Position numbers and translations under genes: made by a program
Source: Thermoplasmata archaeon
Lineage (GTDB): Archaea; Thermoplasmatota; Thermoplasmata; Lutacidiplasmatales; UBA184
Direction of reading: 5' to 3'
Assembly (NCBI GenBank): GCA_021816865.1
Contig: JAKAWX010000001.1
Span: forward strand, 252,739 to 316,738
DNA length: 64,000 nt
Shown here: piece after piece, positions 37,770-48,047 of the stretch
Layout of the letters: every line of letters begins with the position of its first letter
Numbering within the stretch: position 1 is the stretch's first letter
The notes under the pieces: generated by a model
Told to the model about the DNA's origin: nothing
Databases searched by the model: none
Seen by the model: only the letters and a program-made list of their open reading frames with translations

Positions 37770-39599
37770 ATGAACGGACCCTCCTCCGACCCGTCGGCCC
37801 GCCTGCGGGCGTGGTTCGATTACCCCCGGTCCGTCCAGCCCTCGCCGAGCGCGGACGGGACGGCGGTCTATTTCGTCAGCGACCGCGGTGGCCATCCGGA
37901 GGCCTATAGGCTCGCGATGGGGGGCGGCGATCCCGTACCGTTCGTTCGTACGGGCGAGCGGGTCGGCCGGGTCCAGCCGTGCCCGTTCGCGAGCCGGATC
38001 CTGCTCTCGACCGACCGCGGCGGGGACGAGCACTGGGCGCTCTCCCTCTGGGCCCCGGACGGCTCCCGCCAGCGAGAGCTCACGGGGGACCCGACCCGGA
38101 TCCACGAGCCCGGGGCGTGGCGGGACGCCGACCGCTACGTCTTCTGCTCGAACGCCCGGGACGAGCGGTTCTTCGACCTCTACGAGGTCGATGTGGACCG
38201 CGCCGACGCGCCTCGACGGGTCCGAGAGGAGGACACGCTCCTCGGGATCGCGGCCGCCCGGGGCGATCGGCTGCTGCTCGAACGGCACCTCACCAACATC
38301 GACACGGACCTCCTCCTGCGCACGGGCTCGGAGGAACGCCTCCTCAACCCGCGCCCGTCCGAGGAGGCCGTCTTCGACGCCGACCTCACGGACGATGGGG
38401 CGTACGCGGCGTCCAACCCCGGCCGCGAGTTCGCCGGGCTCGTCCGCTACTCCTTCGCCGGAGGGTCGCCCGAGCTCCTCTTCGGGCCCGCCGGCGACGT
38501 CGAGCTCGTGCGCGCCGACCCCGCCGGACCGCGCGTCGCGGTCGCTTCGAACGACCGGGGGTACAGCCGGCTCTCGTTCGTCGGCCTCGACTCCTCGGAG
38601 GTCGTCGCCGTTCCCCTCCCCGTCGACGGCGTCATCGGTTCCGGAAGCTGGCTCGCGGACGGCTCGGGGTTCCTCTTCGACCTCAGCGCACCCTCGATCG
38701 GCGCCGAGATCTTCCTCGCCGACCGATCGGGCCGGTCCGTCCGCGCGCTTACGCGTAGCACCGTCCCGATGCCCGGAGCCGTGACCCCCCCGACGCTCGA
38801 GGCGTTCCGGGCGGAGGACGGGCTTCGCGTGGCCTACTGGGACCACCGGCCGGTGGGACCCGCGCGCGGCACGATCGTCCTCGTCCACGGCGGCCCCGAG
38901 TCCCAGGCGCGACCGTCTTTCTCGCCGCTCATCCAGTTCCTCGTCGGGGAAGGGTGGCGCACGGTCGTTCCGAACGTGCGGGGAAGTCTTGGCTACGGGC
39001 GGACGTTCCTGCACCTCGACGACGTCCGGCGGCGGATGGATTCGGTCCGAGACCTTCGCGACCTCGCGCACGCCCTCCGCGACCGCGCCGGGGCGCCCGT
39101 CGACCGGCCGTTCCCGCTCGGGATCATCGGGGGAAGCTACGGGGGATTCATGGTCCTGAGCGCGCTCACGACGTACCCCGACCTCTGGGCCGCCGGCGTC
39201 GACGTCGTCGGGATCTCGAACTTCGTCACGTTCCTCGAGCGGACGGGGCCCTGGCGCCGCAAGGTCCGGGAGGACGAGTACGGGAGCCTCGCGAACGACC
39301 GGGAGTTCCTCGTTTCGATCTCGCCGCTCCACCACGCCGACCGCATCCGGGCGCCGCTCCTCGTCGTACACGGCGCGAACGATCCCCGGGTGCCGATCTT
39401 CGAGGCCGAGCAGATCGTCGCGACGCTCGAGTCCCGCCGGGTCGCGGTCGAGTTCCTCCGGTTCGAGGACGAGGGCCATGGGCTCGTGCGACGGGAGAAC
39501 CAGGTGCACGCGTACGCCCGGGCCGCCGAGTTCTTCGAGCGATACCTCGGGGCGGGAGCGGCCGGTTCGGCTGCACCGGACCGCCCGGCGTCCCGGTAG
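37770..39599 (+). CDS. S9 family peptidase (acylaminoacyl-peptidase-like)
   Basis: HGGPE, GGSYGG, GANDPRV and DEGHG. Confidence 0.93.
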   Translation: MNGPSSDPSARLRAWFDYPRSVQPSPSADGTAVYFVSDRGGHPEAYRLAMGGGDPVPFVRTGERVGRVQPCPFASRILLSTDRGGDEHWALSLWAPDGSRQRELTGDPTRIHEPGAWRDADRYVFCSNARDERFFDLYEVDVDRADAPRRVREEDTLLGIAAARGDRLLLERHLTNIDTDLLLRTGSEERLLNPRPSEEAVFDADLTDDGAYAASNPGREFAGLVRYSFAGGSPELLFGPAGDVELVRADPAGPRVAVASNDRGYSRLSFVGLDSSEVVAVPLPVDGVIGSGSWLADGSGFLFDLSAPSIGAEIFLADRSGRSVRALTRSTVPMPGAVTPPTLEAFRAEDGLRVAYWDHRPVGPARGTIVLVHGGPESQARPSFSPLIQFLVGEGWRTVVPNVRGSLGYGRTFLHLDDVRRRMDSVRDLRDLAHALRDRAGAPVDRPFPLGIIGGSYGGFMVLSALTTYPDLWAAGVDVVGISNFVTFLERTGPWRRKVREDEYGSLANDREFLVSISPLHHADRIRAPLLVVHGANDPRVPIFEAEQIVATLESRRVAVEFLRFEDEGHGLVRRENQVHAYARAAEFFERYLGAGAAGSAAPDRPASR

Positions 39600-39667
39600 G
39601 CGGACCGGCGGTCGTCGATCTTCCGCCCAAAGAGTTAAGGGCGCTCGGCCCCCGACCGTCCGACGCG

Positions 39668-40897
39668 ATGACGTTGCGCATCCGGGATACCCTGTCGAAG
39701 CGCATCGTGCCGGTCGGCCACGCGCCGGGCCGCCCGGTCCGCATGTACGTCTGCGGGCCGACGGTCTACGCGCCGGCGCACGTCGGGCACGCCCGGACCT
39801 ACCTCTACTTCGACCTCATACGGCGCGCCTTCGCGGCGGACGGCGTCCCCGTCGAGCACGTGATGAACATCACGGACTTCGAAGAGAAGATCGACGCCCG
39901 CGCCGCGCTGCTCGGCGTCACCTGGCGGGCGCTCGCCCGCCGGGAGGAGGGCGCGTTCTTCCGGGACCTCGACGCGTTCGGGATCCTCCGGCCGACATAC
40001 CGGCCCCGGGCGAGCGACTTCATCCCGCGCATGGTCCGCGTGGCGGCCCGCCTCGCGAAAACCGGCCGCATCCGGCGCGACGGCGACCGATTCTACTACC
40101 ATCCCCCCGACCGCCCCCGAGGGGCGAACTTCCCGCTCGGCGCCGAGCTCGCCGAGCACGCCGTGATCGAGCCCGGCCACCCGTTCCCGACGCACGACAC
40201 CTCCGCCGGCGAGTTCGTGGTCTGGCAGCTCCAGAAACCTCCGCTCCCATCGTGGAAGGGTCCGTGGGGCGCGGGGATGCCGGGGTGGCACCTCGAGTGC
40301 TTCGCGATGGCCGAAGAGTACCTCGGCGTGCCGGTCGACCTCCACGGCGGGGGCCTCGACCTCGTCTACCCGCACCACTACTCGGAGAACGAGATCGCCC
40401 TCTCGCTCCTCCATCGTCCGTTCTCGCGCCGCTTCCTGCACACGGCGTTCGTCCTCCAGAACGGCTCGAAGATGTCGAAGTCGAAGGGCAACCTCACCAC
40501 GATCCGGGCGGCGATCGCCGAAGCCGACGCTCCCGGACTGCGCTGGTTCCTCGGCGAGCCCAGCTACACCGAGCGGGTCGAGTGGGACGTCCGACGCCTC
40601 AAGCGCGCGGCGGCCGAGCACGCGCGCATGCGAACCCTCGTGACGGGCTGGCTCCGGTCGGGGGTCGGCGGAGCCGTCGGGGCGCGCGAGGCGACCCGGC
40701 TCGTCGACGGGGTCCGACGCGACCTCGAGAACAACCTAAGGACCGGACGGGCGGCCGACCGGATCCGCGAGTTCGTCGCACGGCTCGAGTCCGACGGCCG
40801 CGGCGGGCTCCCGAGAGGCGAGCGGACGAAGGCGACCGCGGCGGTACGCGAGCTCGAGTTCCGGCTCGGCGTGCCGTTCCGCGGAGCGCCCCACTAG
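39668..40897 (+). CDS. Cysteinyl-tRNA synthetase-like class I ligase, short C-terminus
   Basis: CGPTVY, HVGH, GMPGWHLEC, HGGGLDL and KMSKS; 409 aa. Confidence 0.8.
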   Translation: MTLRIRDTLSKRIVPVGHAPGRPVRMYVCGPTVYAPAHVGHARTYLYFDLIRRAFAADGVPVEHVMNITDFEEKIDARAALLGVTWRALARREEGAFFRDLDAFGILRPTYRPRASDFIPRMVRVAARLAKTGRIRRDGDRFYYHPPDRPRGANFPLGAELAEHAVIEPGHPFPTHDTSAGEFVVWQLQKPPLPSWKGPWGAGMPGWHLECFAMAEEYLGVPVDLHGGGLDLVYPHHYSENEIALSLLHRPFSRRFLHTAFVLQNGSKMSKSKGNLTTIRAAIAEADAPGLRWFLGEPSYTERVEWDVRRLKRAAAEHARMRTLVTGWLRSGVGGAVGAREATRLVDGVRRDLENNLRTGRAADRIREFVARLESDGRGGLPRGERTKATAAVRELEFRLGVPFRGAPH

Positions 40898-40898
40898 C

Positions 40899-42104
40899 CT
40901 AGAGCCCCGAACGGTCCACGACGACGCTCAACCCGTTCCCACCGCCCATGCAGAGCGTCGCGAGGCCGAGGCGGCCGTGCGAACGAACGAGCTCCTGCAC
41001 GAGGGTGACGACGATCCGAGCCCCGCTCGCGCCGATCGGGTGGCCTAGGGCGACCGCGCCGCCATGGACATTGAACTGCTCCTCGGTGAACCCGAACGCT
41101 CGCTGGACGGCGAGCGAAGCGGACGCGTACGCCTCGTTGTGCTCGACGCGGTCGAAATCGGACGGCACGAGGCCCGTCCGCTCGAGGTGCTTTCGCACCG
41201 TGGGGATCGGGGACTCCATGACGTCGCGCGGGTGCACTCCGCTCTCGGCCGACGAGTGGATCCAGCCGATCGGTCGCGCGCCGGTCCGCTCGACCTCCCT
41301 CGCGCTCGCGAGGACGAGGGCGGCGGCACCGTCGGAGAGCTTCGAGGAGTTTCCCGCGGTCAGGACCCCGTCCGGCGCGAACGCGGGCGGAAGGCGCGCG
41401 AGCTTCTCGAGCGTGGTGTCGGCCCGCGGCGCCTCGTCGTGGTCGAGCCCGGCCGAACGGGGGACGTCGCCCGCCGGAACGGGAACGATCTCGTTCGCGA
41501 ACGTCCCGGCGGCGGTCGCCCGCGACGCCCGGAGGTGGCTGCGCAACCCGAACGCGTCGACCTCGGCGCGGGTGAGACCGAGCTTGCGGGCGATACGTTC
41601 GCCCGTGAGGCCCATGATCTCGTGCTCGTCGTACGCGTCCACGAGCGCGTCGCGCTGCATCGCGTCCTCCAGCGTGTGCGGCCCGGGGAGGCTCCCCCAC
41701 CGCATCGCCCCCTCGAGGAGGTACGGGGAGCTCGACATGCTCTCCATCGCCCCGACCAGGAGACGGTCGGCCTCTCCGGCGCGGATCGTGGTCGCCCCGA
41801 GCTGGATCGCCTTCATGCCGGAGCCGCAGACCATGTTGATCGTCGCGGCGCCGACCGTGTCGGGGATCCCTGCCCCGCGCAGCACCTGGCGGGCGGGGTT
41901 CTGACCGGCCCCCGCCTGGATCGCCTGGCCGATCAGGACGCCCTCGATGTCGGCCGGAGCGAGGCCCGACCGTTCGATCGCCGCCCGCGCAACGTGCGTT
42001 CCCAGCCGCGTCGCGCTGACCGTCCGGAGCGCCCCGCCGAACCGGCCGATCGGCGTCCGGACCGCCGAGAGGATCGCGACCGAGGGCTTCGCGGGCGCCG
42101 TCAT
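40899..42104 (-). CDS. Acetyl-CoA C-acyltransferase (conventional thiolase)
   Basis: MVCGSG, NEAY, GHPIGASG and LCMGGG are all intact. Confidence 0.93.
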   Translation of the reverse strand: MTAPAKPSVAILSAVRTPIGRFGGALRTVSATRLGTHVARAAIERSGLAPADIEGVLIGQAIQAGAGQNPARQVLRGAGIPDTVGAATINMVCGSGMKAIQLGATTIRAGEADRLLVGAMESMSSSPYLLEGAMRWGSLPGPHTLEDAMQRDALVDAYDEHEIMGLTGERIARKLGLTRAEVDAFGLRSHLRASRATAAGTFANEIVPVPAGDVPRSAGLDHDEAPRADTTLEKLARLPPAFAPDGVLTAGNSSKLSDGAAALVLASAREVERTGARPIGWIHSSAESGVHPRDVMESPIPTVRKHLERTGLVPSDFDRVEHNEAYASASLAVQRAFGFTEEQFNVHGGAVALGHPIGASGARIVVTLVQELVRSHGRLGLATLCMGGGNGLSVVVDRSGL

Positions 42105-42172
42105 GGGGCGCGGACCCGGACCTCGATTATGAAGCTAGCGGGGTCCGCCCGTCCGCGGGCGAGGGCCCGGGC

Positions 42173-42904
42173 TCATTCCTCTTCGACGCGCGGCGCGAGG
42201 AGGTAGCGGCCCTCGCCGCGTCCGCCTCCCATCGAGAATTCGACCTTGAGGGGGTACTCGTTCCCGACGTGCAGTGTCGCCTCGTCGGCGACCACCGACT
42301 TCACCATCGCCGAGAAGAAGTCGAGGGGGTACATGCTCTTCACCGTCTCCTTCGCCTCGAGGCGAGAGAGGCTCTCCTTTGGGATGCGGAGGTCGAGGCG
42401 GTCGGTGTCGCCCTCCGAATGCATCGTGAACGCCTCGGGCTCGAGCGTCAGCGTGACGTGGTCGGTAAAGCTCTCGCTGCCGCGGATCCCCTGGCGGATG
42501 TCCTCGGTCTTGACCGTGACGCTGGCGGGCGGGCTCACGTTCGGGACCTTGGGATCGGTGATCCCGGCCGGGTCGACGACCGCCATCTGGCGCGTGAGGC
42601 GTCCGACCCCGGCGACCAGCCGGTTCTTCCCGTCGAACTGCAGATCGATCACGTCCCCGGGCTTCGAGAGCCGGAGAACCTCCTTGAGCTTCTCGACGTC
42701 GACGCCGATCTCGGTCGGCTCGCCGGTGAACTCCTCGAAGACCCCTTTCTCGAGCTTGAGCACGAGCATCGCCACGTGCGACGGGTCGACGGCCTTCGCC
42801 TCGAGGCCATCCTTCGAGATGCTGAACTTGGCCTCGCTGACGAGCGTGGAGACGACCTCCACGACCTCCCGGAGGGTCTCCATCTTGATGCGGAGCTTGA
42901 ACAT
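42173..42904 (-). CDS. pcn: DNA polymerase sliding clamp PCNA
   Basis: AVDPSHVAM, EYPLKVEF and YLLAPRVE. Confidence 0.95.
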   Translation of the reverse strand: MFKLRIKMETLREVVEVVSTLVSEAKFSISKDGLEAKAVDPSHVAMLVLKLEKGVFEEFTGEPTEIGVDVEKLKEVLRLSKPGDVIDLQFDGKNRLVAGVGRLTRQMAVVDPAGITDPKVPNVSPPASVTVKTEDIRQGIRGSESFTDHVTLTLEPEAFTMHSEGDTDRLDLRIPKESLSRLEAKETVKSMYPLDFFSAMVKSVVADEATLHVGNEYPLKVEFSMGGGRGEGRYLLAPRVEEE

Positions 42905-43005
42905 TCCGAGCCTCGGCGCGCGACACATCGGCCCCCTCTAAAAAGGTTGCTTGAGCGCGGGGCGCGGCGCAAGCCGTTTTCCCGTTGGCGGGCTCCCACC
43001 GGAAC

Positions 43006-43764
43006 GTGACGGAGTTGGCCTACCTTGCCGACATGCCCTCGGCCTACATCCGAACCTTCCGAGCGCGCATCGTGTCGCTCCCGCCGGGCGGGGTCGTCCT
43101 CGGCCGGACGTTCTTCTATCCCGCCGGAGGAGGCCAGCCGGGCGACCGGGGCACGTTGCGCCTCGACGACGGCGCCGAGGTCGCGGTCGTCGACGTGGTG
43201 AGGTCCGGCCCGTCCGTCCTCCACCGGGTCCGGGCCCCTCCCGCCGTCGTGCACCGGCTCGGGGCGGGCGTCGAGGTCGAAGGGACCCTCGACTGGGAGC
43301 GCCGCTACCGACACATGCGGCTGCACACCGCCCAGCACCTTTTGAGCGCCCGGGTCTTCGTCCGTACCCGGCTGAGGACCCGCAAGGCGGTCCTCGGGGG
43401 GCTCCGGGCCACGATCGATCTCGAGGGCGCGCCGCCCCCGGGACTCGAGCGGGAGCTCGCGAACGACCTCGCGAGCGTCGTCGACGAGGATCGACCGGTC
43501 ACGATCCTCCAGGTCCCGCGGCGGGAGTGGGACCGCGAGCCCACCGCGGAGCGCAGCGGGCTGGTGCCGCTCCCGCCCCAGGTCGATCCGGTCCGCGTGA
43601 TCGCGATCGACCGGTCGGACGTCTGCCCGTGCGGAGGGACGCACGTCCGTTCGACCGGAGAGATCGGGCGAGTGACGGTCGAACCGGCGGTCCCCCTGCC
43701 CGACCGCGGCTCGAGGCTCACCGTCACGCTGGACGGTTCCGGGCCGCCCACTGCGTCCGCGTGA
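43006..43764 (+). CDS. AlaX-type trans-editing protein
   Basis: FYPAGGGQPGD, HTAQHLL and CGGTHV. Confidence 0.9.
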   Translation: MTELAYLADMPSAYIRTFRARIVSLPPGGVVLGRTFFYPAGGGQPGDRGTLRLDDGAEVAVVDVVRSGPSVLHRVRAPPAVVHRLGAGVEVEGTLDWERRYRHMRLHTAQHLLSARVFVRTRLRTRKAVLGGLRATIDLEGAPPPGLERELANDLASVVDEDRPVTILQVPRREWDREPTAERSGLVPLPPQVDPVRVIAIDRSDVCPCGGTHVRSTGEIGRVTVEPAVPLPDRGSRLTVTLDGSGPPTASA

Positions 43765-44275
43765 TCCCGTAGACGTGCACGTCGTGCCAGCCGCCGTGGT
43801 GGAAGAGCGCGGCCTGCAACGTCCCTTCCCGCCGGAAACCGAGCCCCTCGAGCAGGCGGTAGGACGCAACGTTCTCGGTGTCGCACGTCGCCCCGACCCG
43901 CTCGAGGGCGGTCGTGGCGTAGAGGTGGTCGACGAGGAGGGCGACCGCCTCGCGGCCGTACCCGTGGCCCCGGGCCGCCCGGTCCCCGATCACATACCAG
44001 ACGTCCACGGTCTCGAGGACCGGATGCGGACGGTAGTGCCCTACGACGCCGAGCACGACGGCCTCCCCGCGGCGCACGACGCCGAACCGGGGGGCGAGCG
44101 ATCCGGCGTCGTCCGGGGCCGACTCGACGGCCCGGACGAAGTCGTCGAACGTGTCGACCGAAAACCGGTCGTACGGCGAGACCGTCTCCGGGTCGTTGTA
44201 CCACGCGAAGACGGCCCCGTACTCGTCGGGCTCGAGAGGTCGCAGACGAACGTTCGGGCCGTCGAGGATTGCCAT
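43724..44275 (-). CDS. RimJ/RimL-like GNAT acetyltransferase
   Basis: RGHGYGREA and NVASYRLLEGLGFRREG. Confidence 0.88.
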   Translation of the reverse strand: MAILDGPNVRLRPLEPDEYGAVFAWYNDPETVSPYDRFSVDTFDDFVRAVESAPDDAGSLAPRFGVVRRGEAVVLGVVGHYRPHPVLETVDVWYVIGDRAARGHGYGREAVALLVDHLYATTALERVGATCDTENVASYRLLEGLGFRREGTLQAALFHHGGWHDVHVYGITRTQWAARNRPA

Positions 44276-44282
44276 CCCGGCC

Positions 44283-44675
44283 CTACGCCTGGCTTGCGGA
44301 GCCGCCCGACGGGGACGGCGAAGCGGGGGCGGCCTCGGACGGCGCCGGCTCCGCGGCGACCGAGGGGTCGGGGTCCGCGAGCTCGTCCCCCCGGCGGTAC
44401 ACAAGCGCCTTGCGGTGCCCGACCGCGGTCAGGGAGTAGACGTGCTTTGGCTCCGAGTACCCGACCACGTACTGCGTGCGTCGGTAGACCATGCGCATCA
44501 TTTCGAGCGACCGCAGGGCCTGCTTCAGCTCGAGGGAGTCCTCGACGGAGAACTTGCGCAAGATACCGAACTCGGTCGTCCACTGGGACGCCTCGAACCG
44601 GACCTGCTGCCCCCGGTGCTCGAGCAGATGCAAGAGCAGCATCCGTTCGAGACGGTCGAGCGACTCTTGCGACAT
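44283..44675 (-). CDS. Hypothetical winged-helix-like protein
   Basis: ALRSLEMMRMVYRR...VYSLTAVG pattern. Confidence 0.65.
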   Translation of the reverse strand: MSQESLDRLERMLLLHLLEHRGQQVRFEASQWTTEFGILRKFSVEDSLELKQALRSLEMMRMVYRRTQYVVGYSEPKHVYSLTAVGHRKALVYRRGDELADPDPSVAAEPAPSEAAPASPSPSGGSASQA

Positions 44676-44695
44676 TGACCCCGAGCCCGGGACCC

Positions 44696-44920
44696 CTACG
44701 AGATCGTGGTGATCTCGTAATTGACGTCGAGCCCTTTCAGGCGATCGTGCATCTCGGTCATCAGCCGGATGACCTCGTCGAGCGTCGCCTTGTCCTTCCA
44801 CTTGTAGACGAAATCGTGCATCCCCATCGATTCCTCGAACCCGAGCGTTCGCATCGCCTCCAGCACTTTGAGCGGGTTGGCGCCTTCGGAGTGGAAGGTC
44901 ATCCGGACGTAGGTGCGCAT
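44696..44920 (-). CDS. Small hypothetical protein
   Basis: MRTYVRMTFHSEGANP...; natural composition; GGGGAG upstream. Confidence 0.7.
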   Translation of the reverse strand: MRTYVRMTFHSEGANPLKVLEAMRTLGFEESMGMHDFVYKWKDKATLDEVIRLMTEMHDRLKGLDVNYEITTIS

Positions 44921-44971
44921 GCTCCCCTTCACCGGGACGACCCGGTGCATCGTGTTTAGGGGACCCTCGGC

Positions 44972-44979
44972 TTATATAT
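44972..44979. promoter_or_regulatory. Probable bidirectional TATA element
   Basis: TTATATAT between the divergent starts at 44920 and 45004. Confidence 0.55.
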
Positions 44980-45003
44980 GCTTCCCTGACTCGCGGCCCA
45001 CCG

Positions 45004-45969
45004 ATGGGCGACTGGGTCCGGGACGGCCCTGTGGTCGTCACCGGCGGAGCCGGGGCGATCGGGTCGGTCCTCGTTCGCTCGCTCCTCGAGCGCGGCGCGA
45101 CCGTCCGCGTCATCGACAACCTCTCGGGCGGCCGCCGGGAGCACCTGCCGGTGCCCGACGCACGCCTGAGCGTGACCGTCGCCGACCTGCGCGAGCCCGA
45201 GACGTATGCCTCGCTGTTCCGCGGGGCATCGGCGATCTGGCACCTCGCCGCGAACCCGGACATCCGGCTCGGCACGAAGGATCCCCGGATCGACTTCGAG
45301 CACGGGACGGTCGCGACGTTCCGGGTCCTCGAGCTCGCGCGGAAGGAGGACGTTCGCCGGGTGATGTACTCCTCTTCGAGCGTCGTCTACGGGTCCCCGA
45401 CGGTCTTCCCGACCCCCGAAGAGTACGGCCCGCTCGAGCCCGAGTCGCTGTACGCGGCGTCGAAGCTGGCGGCCGAGGGGCTCTGCTCGGCCTACGCCCA
45501 CAGCTACGGGCTGCGGACCGACCTTTTCCGCTTTGCGAACATCATCGGGCCGGCGATGACCCACGGCGTGCTCCCCGACTTCTTCGACAAGCTCGCGCGT
45601 GACCCGACGCGCCTCGAGGTGCTCGGCGACGGCCGGCAGGCCAAGAGCTACCTGCGAACCGAGGACTGTGTCGACGGGATGCTGACGGTCGCCGACCGGG
45701 AGTTCGGACCCGTCTCGGTCCACAACCTGGGCACCACCGACCGGATCTCCGTACGGGAGATCGCCGAAAAGGTCGTGGCGGCCCACGGGGGCCGGGCCCG
45801 TATCGAGTACACCGGGGGCGCGCGAGGTTGGGTCGGTGACGTCCCCCAGCAGCTCCTCGCGATCGACCGGATCCGCAAGCTCGGGTGGCACCCCCGATAC
45901 ACGAGCGCCGGTGCGATCGACCGCACGATCGAGGAACTAGCGAGCGCCCGCGGCGTGCACCCGACCTGA
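45004..45969 (+). CDS. NAD-dependent nucleotide-sugar epimerase/dehydratase
   Basis: TGGAGAIG, SSSVVYG and YAASK. Confidence 0.92.
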   Translation: MGDWVRDGPVVVTGGAGAIGSVLVRSLLERGATVRVIDNLSGGRREHLPVPDARLSVTVADLREPETYASLFRGASAIWHLAANPDIRLGTKDPRIDFEHGTVATFRVLELARKEDVRRVMYSSSSVVYGSPTVFPTPEEYGPLEPESLYAASKLAAEGLCSAYAHSYGLRTDLFRFANIIGPAMTHGVLPDFFDKLARDPTRLEVLGDGRQAKSYLRTEDCVDGMLTVADREFGPVSVHNLGTTDRISVREIAEKVVAAHGGRARIEYTGGARGWVGDVPQQLLAIDRIRKLGWHPRYTSAGAIDRTIEELASARGVHPT

Positions 45970-47019
45970 GGCCGTTCGGGCCGGTCGGTCGGCCGTTTCC
46001 GCGGCCACGGACCGGTAGACCGTCAGGAGATCGGGCACGATCCGGGGCCAGGCGTACCGCGCGAGAGCCACCGCCCGGGCCGACTCCCCAACTCGGCGAC
46101 GTCGGTCGTCCTCGGCCACAAGGACCCGCACCCGCTCCCCGAGTCCCCGCGCGAACGCCGCCGGGTCCTGGTCCGGTACGACCGCCCCCGTCACGTCGTC
46201 CTCCACGACACCTTCGACCGCAGCGCCGCCGAGCACCGGCAGCCCCGCCGACAGGCCCTCGAGGACGGTCGCCGAGAGGATCTCGACGGCGCTCGGGTGG
46301 ACGAGGAAATCGCTCTCCCCGAAGAGGCGTTCGAGCTCGGAGTCGGGGACCTCGCCCGCGAGCGTCACCTCGGGGCCGTGGCGGCGCAGCGACTCGGCGT
46401 ACGAGTCCGAGACGATCGGTCCGGCGATCGTGAGGGAGACCCCGGTGCCTGCGAGCGCCGCCACGGCGAGATGCCAGCGCTTGAACGGGGCGACGACCCC
46501 GACCCCGAGGGCGCGCCGGCCGGTGCGGCGGTCCCACCGCGGCGCGAAGCGGTCGGTGTCGACGCCGAACGGGATGACGGAGATCGGAGGCAGCGGAGGC
46601 CGGACGGTCGCGCGCATCTTGTCCGCGAGACGGTCGGTGAGCGCGACCGCCGCGCGTGCTCCGCGCACGGCCCGTCGCTCGAGAAAGTACCCCCAGCGGT
46701 GGGTGAGGGACTCCCGGTAGTACCAGTGCCTCGAGTGGGATGTGTACACGTACGGCCGTCCGCCGAGGGCGAGGCGGTTCGCGACCACGGGGGTCTGCGC
46801 GTGAAGGACATCGAACCGTTCGCGCCGCAGAAGCCGAGGGAGCTCCCAGGCGAACGGGTACTCGTCCCTCATCCGGCCGTGGCGTACCCGGTTCACGACC
46901 ACGGCCTCCTCGCCCGCCGCCTCGAGCGCGGCCCGGAGATCCGTGAGGATCCGCTCGATCGCGCCGTACCCCGTCGGAGGGATCGGGTGGACCCCCCCTC
47001 CGATGAGGAGAATCCGCAC
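45937..47019 (-). CDS. Glycosyltransferase family 4
   Basis: IPPTGYGAIE, PFGVD and LEGLSAGLPV. Confidence 0.87.
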   Translation of the reverse strand: MRILLIGGGVHPIPPTGYGAIERILTDLRAALEAAGEEAVVVNRVRHGRMRDEYPFAWELPRLLRRERFDVLHAQTPVVANRLALGGRPYVYTSHSRHWYYRESLTHRWGYFLERRAVRGARAAVALTDRLADKMRATVRPPLPPISVIPFGVDTDRFAPRWDRRTGRRALGVGVVAPFKRWHLAVAALAGTGVSLTIAGPIVSDSYAESLRRHGPEVTLAGEVPDSELERLFGESDFLVHPSAVEILSATVLEGLSAGLPVLGGAAVEGVVEDDVTGAVVPDQDPAAFARGLGERVRVLVAEDDRRRRVGESARAVALARYAWPRIVPDLLTVYRSVAAETADRPARTASGRVHAAGAR

Positions 47020-47114
47020 GGTCGCCCTAGCGGCCCCTCAGATTAAGGACTTGGCGCGTACTGGAGGCCGGACCGGGGCCGATCGTCATCGGCCGCGGAG
47101 GGGGGTAGGCCGCG

Positions 47115-48023
47115 ATGGGCACGGTGTGTGTCGAAGTCGCCGTCGGCGACGACCCCCGACTCCTGGTCGCCCTCGACTCCCTCGTCGCGCAGACGCGCCG
47201 TCCCGACCGCGTGTTGATCGCGGCGTCCGCGTCCACGCCGGAGTCCCTACTGGCCCAGGCGCGCCTCCGCTCGGGGCACCTCGAACTTTCGGTCGAACGG
47301 TATCCGGGCGGATTGGTCGACGCCCGGGCGGCGTCGATCCGGTCCATCCGAGAGGAGTTCACGGCGTTCCTCGACTCGGACGAGTCCGCCCCCCCCGACT
47401 GGCTCGACCGGCTCCTCCGCCCGCTCGAGCGACCGGGGGGCCCGGCGTTCTCGGGGGGTCCGACGCGCCCCGGTCGGCCCCCGGCGCACCCGATCGAGAG
47501 GTACTACGCCCTCCTCGAGCGCTCGATCTACGCGAACCTCGTCCCGTCGAGCGTCGCCTACCTTCCGCTCCAGAACACCGCCTGGCGGACGGAGGTGCTC
47601 CGCGCGCTCGGTTTCGACCCGAGGATACCGTACGCCGAGGACCACGACCTCGAGACCCGGGCGCTTGCGGCGGGCTACACGGGCGAGTTCGTTCCCGACG
47701 CCTACGTGGTGCATGACAAGAGTAACGAGACGAGTTACCTTCGGTGGGCGAGGAAGCGGTACCGCTACCTTCTCGCGATGGCGATGTCGCTGATCAAGAA
47801 CGGCGGACTGCGGTCCCGGCTCGAGGAGCGGCGGACCCCGGTCGACCACCCGCTGCGCTTCGCCGAGATGCCCCTCAAGCCGGTCGCACTCCTCCATGCG
47901 TTCGCCCGCTGGCGACGGCACGGCCCGGCGGCACGCGCTCTACCCTCGGCGGCCGCCGTCCCCGGCCCGGTCGTCGCCCCGGGGGATCGTACGAACGCCG
48001 GCGGACCATCGAGAAAACCTTAA
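47115..48023 (+). CDS. Glycosyltransferase family 2
   Basis: FLDSD, GFDP and AEDHDL. Confidence 0.82.
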   Translation: MGTVCVEVAVGDDPRLLVALDSLVAQTRRPDRVLIAASASTPESLLAQARLRSGHLELSVERYPGGLVDARAASIRSIREEFTAFLDSDESAPPDWLDRLLRPLERPGGPAFSGGPTRPGRPPAHPIERYYALLERSIYANLVPSSVAYLPLQNTAWRTEVLRALGFDPRIPYAEDHDLETRALAAGYTGEFVPDAYVVHDKSNETSYLRWARKRYRYLLAMAMSLIKNGGLRSRLEERRTPVDHPLRFAEMPLKPVALLHAFARWRRHGPAARALPSAAAVPGPVVAPGDRTNAGGPSRKP

Positions 48024-48047
48024 GCGACCCCCCGGTTCGGCGGGGCC

